A stretch of DNA of 27,908 bases, from NCBI GenBank assembly GCA_000214015.2, contig CAID01000007.2, forward strand, positions 207,157 to 235,064, in the 5' to 3' direction. The stretch is from Ostreococcus tauri. Its lineage: Eukaryota. The position numbers and the translations under genes are program-made. Shown here one piece after another: positions 1 to 7,492 of the stretch (within the stretch, counting starts at the first letter, position 1; every line of letters starts with the position of its first letter). The notes beneath the pieces are model-generated. The model had not been told where the DNA came from. It saw only the letters and a list, made by a program, of their open reading frames with translations, and searched no databases.

Positions 1-654
1 TTCAAGTCGCACGAACGGGCGGATACGATCGCGAGCGGTGGGCGCTACGTCGTCGTCGTGCGGGAACCGTGCGATGTGTTTCATTCGTTTTATGAGTTTT
101 TGCCGGCGTACTGCGGGATAGAGCGAGGGGTGATCGAGAAGGAGGCGTTCGCGGAGGCGGTGTTCGCCGGGGCGTCGCACAGCGGCGGATTCGCGGCGCA
201 CTACGTGAGTTGGTGGAAGGCGCTCGAGCGCGATCCGGAGAACGTGATCATGTTTTGCTTTGAGGATATGAAGGAAAATCTCGGGGACGTCGTGGACGCG
301 GTGTCGGCGTTCATGGGAATCGAGCTCGACGACGACGCGCGCGCGCTCGTCCTCGAGCGCTCGGGATTCGAGTACATGCGTAACAATACGAAGTTCGACG
401 ATCATTTCGTCCGGGAAAAGGTGGCGAAGCAGATGGGAATGGAGGGAACGACGTTTACGGTCGGTAAGGTTCGCGATGGGGGCGGCGCGGTCGGCGATGG
501 CTCTCGCGAGCTCCCGCCGAGCGTGCGAGACGCGATTTCAGAAAAGTGGCGCGCCGAAGTCGCCCCGAACGGTTTCGCAACCTACGGCGACTTCCGACGC
601 GAACTTCGATCCCGATGGCGCACGAAATGGCTGAAACGCCCGGACGACGCGTGA
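1..654 (+). CDS. Sulfotransferase-domain protein, C-terminal part (5' end outside the window)
   Basis: Frame 1 is open from base 1 (FKSHERADTIASGGRYVVVVREPCDVFHSFYEF...). The track's M at 58 is a GTG. YVVVVREPCDVFHSFY matches the sulfotransferase YVxRNPxDxxVSxY region. ...VGKVRDGGGAVGDGSRELPPSVRDAISEKW sits where the RKGxxGDW..L motif lies. Stop TGA at 652-654. Confidence 0.7.
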   Translation, partial: FKSHERADTIASGGRYVVVVREPCDVFHSFYEFLPAYCGIERGVIEKEAFAEAVFAGASHSGGFAAHYVSWWKALERDPENVIMFCFEDMKENLGDVVDAVSAFMGIELDDDARALVLERSGFEYMRNNTKFDDHFVREKVAKQMGMEGTTFTVGKVRDGGGAVGDGSRELPPSVRDAISEKWRAEVAPNGFATYGDFRRELRSRWRTKWLKRPDDA

Positions 655-734
655 TCGAGCGCGTTACCGACGATCGACATCGAGTCGACGACCGTCGCCG
701 TCCCCACACTTTGCGACGCGAGCGGTTGAGCGTC

Positions 735-1895
735 ATGCGAGGTGCCGCTCGTTCCAATCGCGCCGCGTCGCCCCCGCCAAAGCGCACGCGACGAATGGGT
801 ACGCGCTCCTCGTCCGCGCGCGTCACCACCGCGTCGGCGAGCGCGACAAGACGCGCGTGGGAGATCTCGAGTAAAGGCTCGCTCAAGAACCTCGAGCTCA
901 ACACCGTCCCGTCCGTCGTTTTAAACCCCGACGAGTGCCGCGTGCGCGTGCGGGCGATCGGGTTGAACTTTGCCGACGTCTTCACCGCGCTGGGGCTGTA
1001 TTCGGCGGCGCCAAAGGGGCGGTTCGTCCCGGGGCTGGAATGCTCGGGCGAAATCGTCGAGCTCCCGAACGGATACGCTGGGGACTTTCACGTCGGCGAT
1101 AAGGTCATGTGCGTCGTTCGGTTCGGTGCGTTCGCGGATGAGGTGGCGGTACCGATGACGCAGATGCGTCCACTTCCAAACGGATGGACCTTTGAAGAGG
1201 GCGCGGGATTTTTGGTACAGGGGTTGACGTCGTATTACGGCTTGCGAGCGCTCGGCGACGTCAAACGTGGCTCCACGGTGCTCGTGCACAGTGCCGCGGG
1301 CGGATGTGGGTTGATGTCGTTGGGTATTTGTGAAGCTGTCGGCGCGGAGCCGATCGCGGTGATCGGGAACGCTGGGAAGGAGGAGACGCTGAAGGAGCGT
1401 TTTCCGTCGCTCAGAGCCGTAATCGTGCGAGATCGCAAACGATTCAAGCAACAGGTGAAGGAGGCGTGTGACTCCATCGGCGCGTCTGAAGGTTGTGATA
1501 TCGTGTTCGATGCAACGCTCGGTGATTTCTTCCAGGGCGGATGGGATAACTTGGCGCGTGGCGGACGTTATGTGGTTTACGGTGCCGCGGATTTGACACC
1601 ACGAGGCGATTCGATCGGTGTCGTAGGTTGGGTCAAGCTGGCGTGGAAATTCTTACGACGTAAGAAAGTGGATCCGCTCATGCTTCCGGGTGAGAACAAA
1701 GGTATCTTAGGCTTCAATTTGATCTGGCAATTCGACAAACAAGAAGAGCTCGCGAGACTGTTGGCAGAGCTCAACGCGTTGAATTTACCGGCGCCGAAAG
1801 TCGGAGCGACTTTCAACTTCACCGATTTACCAGAGGCGATGCGTTTGTTCCAAACGGGCCAAACCACCGGGAAAGTCGTCGTAACAGTTGAATAG
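735..1895 (+). CDS. Medium-chain dehydrogenase/reductase, zeta-crystallin/VAT-1-like quinone oxidoreductase
   Basis: ORF 546..1895. The MDR core is visible: ECRVRVRAIGLNFADV, PGLECSGEIVE, nucleotide-binding VLVHSAAGGCGLMSLGI and C-terminal FQTGQTTGKVVVTVE. The track start overlaps the upstream gene. The first in-frame ATG after that gene's stop is 735 (alternative 795), so the start is uncertain. The short basic N-terminus may be a targeting peptide. Confidence 0.85.
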   Translation: MRGAARSNRAASPPPKRTRRMGTRSSSARVTTASASATRRAWEISSKGSLKNLELNTVPSVVLNPDECRVRVRAIGLNFADVFTALGLYSAAPKGRFVPGLECSGEIVELPNGYAGDFHVGDKVMCVVRFGAFADEVAVPMTQMRPLPNGWTFEEGAGFLVQGLTSYYGLRALGDVKRGSTVLVHSAAGGCGLMSLGICEAVGAEPIAVIGNAGKEETLKERFPSLRAVIVRDRKRFKQQVKEACDSIGASEGCDIVFDATLGDFFQGGWDNLARGGRYVVYGAADLTPRGDSIGVVGWVKLAWKFLRRKKVDPLMLPGENKGILGFNLIWQFDKQEELARLLAELNALNLPAPKVGATFNFTDLPEAMRLFQTGQTTGKVVVTVE

Positions 1896-1983
1896 TGTAG
1901 TAGGCAATATATTAGATCGCCAAAGACATCAACGCGCCCGTTGGGGAGATGGAGGACATCGCGGCGGTTAGTAATTTCGTCTT

Positions 1984-4377
1984 TCACACGCTGGCTATTC
2001 TGTCCGTGAGTTCCTCTATGCGCTCGTCAATGAGCGCGATTATCTTGTCGCCGCTTCCGTACATGCCCGTGCGCATCAAATCTCCTCGTTCCGCAACGAG
2101 ACGCCTGACCTCTTTCTCTGCCGCGCGCTTCTCATTGAGCGTCGCCTCGATGGGCACAAATTTTGGCGGTGGCGGTCTGTTTTCTAAATCTTCAACAGGA
2201 CGAGACGGCTCAGAAGCATCGTGGTCCTGCGTTCGATCTGGTCTCAGCGATAGTGGCGCGCGAGAGGGCTCTGTCGGTCGAGGTGCAACGCGCGCGAAAG
2301 CGCCCTTGGAGAAAGCGTTTGGTCCCGATGCGGCCGCGATATCCGCCCTGAAGGAGCTCATGAACGCGTCCGCGTCGCCGGTCTCTCCGGCGAGCATCTC
2401 GCTCATGAACTCGTTCGCGCTCGGCGCGACTTGCATCCTGTTCGTCACGTTTAGGCCCGCGCGCTCTACGGCTCGACGTAAATGTGCTCGTTCACGCTCA
2501 AGAGCGACGACTTGTCGAGCCATTTTCGTCAGTTGCCCTTTGTATCTCTCTTTTGATTCAGCCTCCTCGTTGGCTTGAGACTCGGCTGCTTCGCAGCGAG
2601 GAATCAAGCGAGAGATTTCAGCCTGCAACGTGGCCTCGTTCGTCTCAAGTTGCGCCTTCTTGTGCGTCGCGAATGCAGATTGTACTTCCATGAGTTGTGC
2701 CTCTGTCTGCTCCAATCGACGGTGCAACGCGTCGCGCTCGCGAACGGCTTCACGAGCCTTTTGTTTCTCCATCTCAACACGATGATCGCACGCCTCCTGA
2801 TTGCGCCGCACCACGTCTTTTGCCTCCTCGCGCGCCGCCGCCGTCTCGCGTTCAAGCTTGTGTTTTCTGTGGTCGAAGTTTTCTTCCAACTCGATCAGCT
2901 TGCGCTCGCGCAACTCCAGATTCATCGCAGCTTCGTGCAGCTTCTTCTCCAATATGCGCGTCCGGTGCTCGGCCTCCTCCGCCTCTCTCATCCGCCTCGT
3001 CTCGTGACGCTTCCACTCGTCCTCTAATATGTTCATGCGCACCGACTCCTTAGATCGCAGTTCTTCATAAAATTTTGTCATCTGGTGTTGCTTCCACACC
3101 TCGAGATCGTACGCAACCTTGTACTCGATCCCAGACCGTGGATCGTCGCTCGGCGGCGGCGCGACGACGTGACGCGTTTGCGCCTTTGACGACGGTGCCG
3201 GAGGCTTCTGCGCGCTCGGCACGGGCGTGGGTGATAAAGCTCTCGGTGTCGGCTTGCGCGCTGGCGGCGGTGGCGTCGACGGGGCGGGTGCCGGATCGTT
3301 AGACGATCCGCGCGCATCGAGTCGGATGTACAATCGAACGCGCCCGACGACGACTCCTTCGTCGTCCACCATCTCAACCCTATACCGCACTTCCGGGCGA
3401 CGAAGCAACTCATCGATCGCGACAATCGCGCGCGCCGTCTTACTGGTGTCCAATACGGACCAAACCTCAAGAACAAGCGCCGGTTTGCGCGAGAGGGTCG
3501 TCGCGAGCGCGGACGGCGCGCACGCGAACCCCACCGAGTCCTCACCGCTTGGAAACACGACCACGTCCCCGGGGCGCGCCGCCGCGCGCACGCTCGGCGC
3601 CGTACGCACGAAATACTCCCCCCTGGCGCGATCGACGCCGAGTTCGCTCGAAAGCACATCATCCATGCCCACGCTCGCCGCCACGGCGGCTCGAAAGTCA
3701 AACGTCGCGCTCGAGCCGACGCGCTCGAACGATTCCACTCGCGCCGTGAGCTCAAACTCTCTCTCACGCGCACCCACTCGCGCCCCCGGTCCACGTTCGC
3801 TCTCGAACGGGGGTAAAAACGCCTCGTCGTCCGATTCCACCGCCGTGGGTTCCGTCTTCGTCCGCGGCGTCCTCCGCGCGCGCGGACTCTCGCGCGCGCC
3901 GCGCCGACTTTCACCCTCCCCACCGATCGCCCGCGTCGTCACCCGCGCCCGCACCTCCCCCCAAATCGTTCCATTCCGCGCGCGCAGCACCACCACGCGC
4001 GCGTCGTCCACGGTATCGCGGTCAATATCCACCTCGCACGCGCCGCGCGCGCGCGTCCGTCCGCGCCCGTCTCGCGCCTCAATCATCACCCGCGCCCTCG
4101 ACCGCGCGAGCGTCCGCGCCCGTCCCTCGGTCCGTCGAAACACCACAACCTCGCCCGCGCCCGCGCCCGCGAACGCGTCCGCGCCGTCTTCCGACCCCAC
4201 GACCGTCGACGATCCATCGTCCCGTTGACCCACCGCGGCGTCGCCGTCGTCCACGCGCGCGCGCCCCCGTCGCGTCTCGCCGTCGTACGCGCACGCGAGC
4301 TCGAGCGCGCGCGATGCGGAGGAATTTTTTCCAATCGTCGCCCCGTCGAGGGCGAGCCGAAGCTCGCGCCCGCGCAT
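1984..4377 (-). CDS. CEP120: CEP120-like centriolar protein (C2-like N-terminal modules, Pro-rich linker, C-terminal coiled coil)
   Basis: ORF 1984..4788. The C-terminal half carries blocks I recall from animal CEP120: EYKVAYDLEVWKQHQ, EDEWKRHETRR, ACDHRVEMEKQKAREAV, SKERYKGQLTKMARQ and terminal LVAERGDLMRTGMYGSGDKIIALIDERIEEL. The family call rests on memory of those blocks, not on a search. Start is set at ATG 4375-4377 (M138 of the ORF), because the upstream 137 codons are Arg/Ala/Pro low complexity running into the divergent PRA1 gene. Confidence 0.65.
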   Translation of the reverse strand: MRGRELRLALDGATIGKNSSASRALELACAYDGETRRGRARVDDGDAAVGQRDDGSSTVVGSEDGADAFAGAGAGEVVVFRRTEGRARTLARSRARVMIEARDGRGRTRARGACEVDIDRDTVDDARVVVLRARNGTIWGEVRARVTTRAIGGEGESRRGARESPRARRTPRTKTEPTAVESDDEAFLPPFESERGPGARVGAREREFELTARVESFERVGSSATFDFRAAVAASVGMDDVLSSELGVDRARGEYFVRTAPSVRAAARPGDVVVFPSGEDSVGFACAPSALATTLSRKPALVLEVWSVLDTSKTARAIVAIDELLRRPEVRYRVEMVDDEGVVVGRVRLYIRLDARGSSNDPAPAPSTPPPPARKPTPRALSPTPVPSAQKPPAPSSKAQTRHVVAPPPSDDPRSGIEYKVAYDLEVWKQHQMTKFYEELRSKESVRMNILEDEWKRHETRRMREAEEAEHRTRILEKKLHEAAMNLELRERKLIELEENFDHRKHKLERETAAAREEAKDVVRRNQEACDHRVEMEKQKAREAVRERDALHRRLEQTEAQLMEVQSAFATHKKAQLETNEATLQAEISRLIPRCEAAESQANEEAESKERYKGQLTKMARQVVALERERAHLRRAVERAGLNVTNRMQVAPSANEFMSEMLAGETGDADAFMSSFRADIAAASGPNAFSKGAFARVAPRPTEPSRAPLSLRPDRTQDHDASEPSRPVEDLENRPPPPKFVPIEATLNEKRAAEKEVRRLVAERGDLMRTGMYGSGDKIIALIDERIEELTDRIASV

Positions 4378-4476
4378 CGCGCGCGCGCGTGTGCGCGCGC
4401 GCGACCGTTGACGTTTGGTCTTCCGCGGTTGGTTTTTTTCAAAGGCGCACGAGGGTCGGTCGATTTGGCGAGCGCA

Positions 4477-4519
4477 CCGGTCGACGCCTTTCGATGGGAA
4501 CCCGGTCGATGCCTTTCGA
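4477..4519. promoter_or_regulatory. Direct repeat CCGGTCGA[C/T]GCCTTTCGA x2 (25-bp period) in the CEP120-like/PRA1 bidirectional promoter
   Basis: Copies at 4477..4494 and 4502..4519 (17/18 identical). They are followed by the palindromic tract ATCGATCGATCGAT at 4528..4541. They lie between divergent ATGs 4377 (-) and 4601/4706 (+). Confidence 0.3.
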
Positions 4520-4705
4520 GCGTCGGCATCGATCGATCGATGGGCGTCGCGCGCGATCGACCGCGCGCGACGCCGCGCACGGGCGCGCGGGACGGTGGCC
4601 ATGCGCGCGGTGCGCGGGGGGGTGTGCGCGCGCGCGCGCGTGGGGGCGCGAGCGACCGGGGCGACGCGACGCGCGACGCGAGGGTGGGATGACGTCGGCG
4701 TCGGG

Positions 4706-5695
4706 ATGATGCCGACGGCGTCGACGCGACGGACGACGGGCGCGGTGACGCGCGCGCGTGGACGGACGGCGCGACCGCGATCGTCCACAGTGCCCGCGCC
4801 CGAGGGTTCGGAGGTGACGATCGCGTTCGATGGGGTGGCGGTGAAGAAGTGGTTCGCGCGCGCGACGGAGGCGCCGTGGGACGCGACGGCGGCGACGTGG
4901 CGCGAGTTCTTCGCGTTGAAGTCGATCGGTGCCGTCGTGGAGGTGGATAACGATCGAGAGACGGTGAACGCGACGGAGGTGGAGAGTCATGGATTGAATT
5001 TTCCGTCGTGTAAGGCGGAGGCGCTGGCGCGGGCGAAGGCGAATACGGTTCGATTTCGACAGAATTATCTCGTCATGGCGGCGGCGGCGGCTCTCATCGG
5101 ATGCGAGTGCGCGGCGTTTGGGCTGGCGTTGACGCTGTTTTACGTTCACTTGGCGGCGACGAGCGATAAAATCTTGGGCGAGCTCGAGCTCGGGACGAGA
5201 GGGGCGCTCAAGTGGAACGCCGAGGTGGTGGCGGGCGTCCCGCGCAAGCGTCTGCGTCGCGTGACGCTCGCGTCGGCGATTGTGTTGTTCTTGCTATCCG
5301 ACGCCACGGCAAACACGTACGCGGTCGTGCGTAGCGTGATGTGGACCAGCGTTGTGGCGGTAATTCACGCCATGCTGCGACCGATCGATCTCAAGGGCAC
5401 GCTCGCAAATATCGTGAAGGAGTTTCGAGCGGCGAAGAGCAAGGAAGAGCTCAAGGACGCGGCGCAGGCTGGTTTCAATTCCATGAAGGCTTGGATCGGG
5501 GAAAAGGTCAAGCCAGAGAACGCCAAGCCGGTTTTCGTCGTGGAGAAGGGTGCGCGAAAGACCAACCGCACGGGCAACGAGGAGGAGGAACAAGCGAAGC
5601 GCGAAAATCCAGACGGCGCCATCGACGTGGACGCGAAGAAGGTTGAAGAAAACAAGTTTTACCTCCCGCATGATCGCGTCGAAGACGACACGTGA
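4706..5695 (+). CDS. PRA1: PRA1 (prenylated Rab acceptor) family protein
   Basis: ORF 4415..5695. The PRA1 signature region is present: TWREFFALKS...FPSCKAEALARAKANTVRFRQNYLVMAAAAALIG (W.EF...P.s..ea..R...N...F..NY). It is followed by two hydrophobic hairpin segments and a charged C-terminal tail. In-frame ATGs are at 4601 and 4706. I chose 4706, so the start is uncertain by 35 codons. Confidence 0.8.
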   Translation: MMPTASTRRTTGAVTRARGRTARPRSSTVPAPEGSEVTIAFDGVAVKKWFARATEAPWDATAATWREFFALKSIGAVVEVDNDRETVNATEVESHGLNFPSCKAEALARAKANTVRFRQNYLVMAAAAALIGCECAAFGLALTLFYVHLAATSDKILGELELGTRGALKWNAEVVAGVPRKRLRRVTLASAIVLFLLSDATANTYAVVRSVMWTSVVAVIHAMLRPIDLKGTLANIVKEFRAAKSKEELKDAAQAGFNSMKAWIGEKVKPENAKPVFVVEKGARKTNRTGNEEEEQAKRENPDGAIDVDAKKVEENKFYLPHDRVEDDT

Positions 5696-5758
5696 ACTTT
5701 ACTCGATTAATCATGAACTCATCATTAGAAAGAATAATCCCAACCCTCGCGCGCGCGT

Positions 5759-6445
5759 CTATAGCTCGTCTTTCGCCCGTTGCTCTTCCGAGGTGGGAAA
5801 GTACACGCCCTCCGCGCTCGTCCAAAGCGCGTTAGATCCCGGGCTCGCCGCCCCCATCACCTCCTGATGTCCCGCGATCGGTCGTCCATACTTCATATTA
5901 TGCGAGCTCAAATACGCTCCGGTATCTTTATGCTTCAGCCGCACCTTTTTCCCGCGTTCCCACGCGTCGCCGCCGTTCGGGAGCTCCACCACCCAGTGAT
6001 CGCCCGTGTCGCTCGACCCGTCCCCACCGAAGCACGACACTTCGTTATTCCCACTCAGCGGCGATCGATGCAAGTGCGAGTGCAACCACGCGCGCGTGGC
6101 GACGTGTCTCAACCGAATCGTCATCCCCGGCCCGATCGCCTCTCCGCGCGCGCACGTCGCGCCGCCGAGCGCCGGCTCGATCATCCAATACGCCCCCTCA
6201 TCGCTCGATCGCACCGCCGTCACCGACTGCTGTCCAGATCCCGTGGCGTACGCGACCGATTGCGAGGACAGCGCGTGTTTCGTCGCCCCGTGCACGAGCT
6301 TGAGCGCGCTGCCACACGTCACGCGCGCGGGCGATCTGGACGATCCCGACGCGGTGGCGCGCGACGGGCGCGCGAGAACGGCGACGGCGAACGCCACGGC
6401 GACGACCGCGCGAGAGATCACGCGCGCGCGCGTCGAGCGAGGCAT
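5759..6445 (-). CDS. SDF2: SDF2-like ER-lumenal MIR-domain protein (stromal cell-derived factor 2 homologue)
   Basis: 228 aa. N-terminal signal peptide RAVVAVAFAVAVLARPSRATA. Three MIR-type repeats: GSALKLVHGATKHALSS, MTIRLRHVATRAWLHSH, KKVRLKHKDTGAYLSSH. C-terminal KDEL ER-retention signal. Confidence 0.9.
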   Translation of the reverse strand: MPRSTRARVISRAVVAVAFAVAVLARPSRATASGSSRSPARVTCGSALKLVHGATKHALSSQSVAYATGSGQQSVTAVRSSDEGAYWMIEPALGGATCARGEAIGPGMTIRLRHVATRAWLHSHLHRSPLSGNNEVSCFGGDGSSDTGDHWVVELPNGGDAWERGKKVRLKHKDTGAYLSSHNMKYGRPIAGHQEVMGAASPGSNALWTSAEGVYFPTSEEQRAKDEL

Positions 6446-6638
6446 CGGTGCGGTGCGCGTGCGCGGTGCGTCGACGAGTGCGGCGCGGACGCGCGCGGGT
6501 CGAGCGGCGTCGCCCGCGGGCGAACCTCCGGCGCGGTGAACGTCGTCGAGGGCGCTGGACGACGGACGACGGATGACGACGCGGTATATATCAATCGTTC
6601 GCGAGCGACGACGGATGACGCGGGCGTCGAGGCGGCGC

Positions 6639-7247
6639 TCACTTGAAGAGTCGCTCGGGGCGCTCCACGGCGCGCTGTACGCGCCGCTCGAGCTCCTCCG
6701 TCGATTCGATCCAACCGCGCGACGCCTTCAACAGATCGATCTCCCTCGCTTGTCGTCGCAGTGACATCGCGTGCGCGCGTTGGCGCCGTCGTCCCGCGAT
6801 GACGCGCGTCTCTCGCTCGCGTTGACGCGCGCGTTCCTCTCTGGCGCCCGCGCTCGCGCCCGCGCGCGCCGCCCGCGCGCGCGCCTTTTCAGCCAAACGC
6901 TCCGCTTTCTCCGTCGCCGCGACCGCTCTCGCCGCCGTCTCCACCTCCATCGTCGCCTTCGCTCGCGCTTCTCGCTCCGATCGCCACGCCTGGCGCGCGG
7001 CGTTCACCTCGGCGCGCCAGCGCTTGCGCTCGGCGAGCCACGCGCCGTCCCGCGCGCCGTCCCGCGTCCCACCCTCATTCGCCCCGACCGACGTCGACGC
7101 CGACGCGTGGGCGTACGTCCGAGCGCGCGCGTCGTCGTGCCCCCCCACCGCGCGCGCGCCGTCACCAGCGGCGCGCGCGCATCGCACGCGGTGGACGATC
7201 GCGCGCGCGTGCGTCACCAATCGCCCCACCGACGCGCGCGTGAACAT
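6639..7247 (-). CDS. Arg/Ala/Glu-rich coiled-coil protein with a presequence-like N-terminus (weakly mS26-like; function unassigned)
   Basis: ORF 6639..7397 begins with GTG in the track. The first real ATG is 7245-7247 (MFTRASVGRLVTHARAIV..., amphipathic and basic). The C-terminal end has ordinary composition (EIDLLKASRGWIESTEELERRVQRAVERPERLFK), which favours this strand over the antisense ORF 6771..7484. The resemblance to mitoribosomal mS26 tails (..F/W-I-T/S-.E.LE.RV..A) comes from memory only. Confidence 0.5.
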   Translation of the reverse strand: MFTRASVGRLVTHARAIVHRVRCARAAGDGARAVGGHDDARARTYAHASASTSVGANEGGTRDGARDGAWLAERKRWRAEVNAARQAWRSEREARAKATMEVETAARAVAATEKAERLAEKARARAARAGASAGAREERARQRERETRVIAGRRRQRAHAMSLRRQAREIDLLKASRGWIESTEELERRVQRAVERPERLFK

Positions 7248-7492
7248 CGCGACCGCCGCCGCCGCGACCGCGCCCGACGCGCGCGCGACGCGACGACGCG
7301 CGAGATGTACGTCCGACGCACCCGAGGACGCGCGCTCGACGCTTGCGACGCGGTGTGCCGCGCGTGCGACGCGCGCGCGTGTGGGATTTTTCGCCACGGC
7401 GGTGAAAACCTCTCGGGCTCACGCGTGACAAATGTACGAATGCGTCGACGCGGGCGACCGGAGACGTCGACGGAGGTGATTTGAGACGGGAC

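Noticed and set aside
1-1895. Sulfotransferase followed by an enoyl-reductase-like MDR as a fragment of a modular polyketide synthase (ST/ER domains)
   Set aside because: The two reading frames differ and are separated by a genuine stop codon at 652-654. No splice signals join them and no KS, AT, ACP or TE sequence is visible. Two small tandem genes is the simpler model.
3078-4228. Long alternative-frame and antisense ORFs: 3078..3923, 3227..4228, and elsewhere 6771..7484, 7162..7788, 16398..17510, 24543..25646, 25102..25899, 26240..27052, 921..1451
   Set aside because: Their translations are monotonous Arg/Ala/Ser/Pro/Thr strings, typical of stop-codon-poor GC-rich DNA. Each overlaps a gene on the other strand or frame that has recognisable conserved motifs.
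4378-4788. N-terminal 137 codons of the 934-aa ORF (MDDRGRAVRP...) as part of the CEP120-like protein
   Set aside because: It is Arg/Ala/Pro low complexity and overlaps the divergent PRA1 gene and its promoter repeats. A clean ATG at 4377 directly precedes the first structured module.
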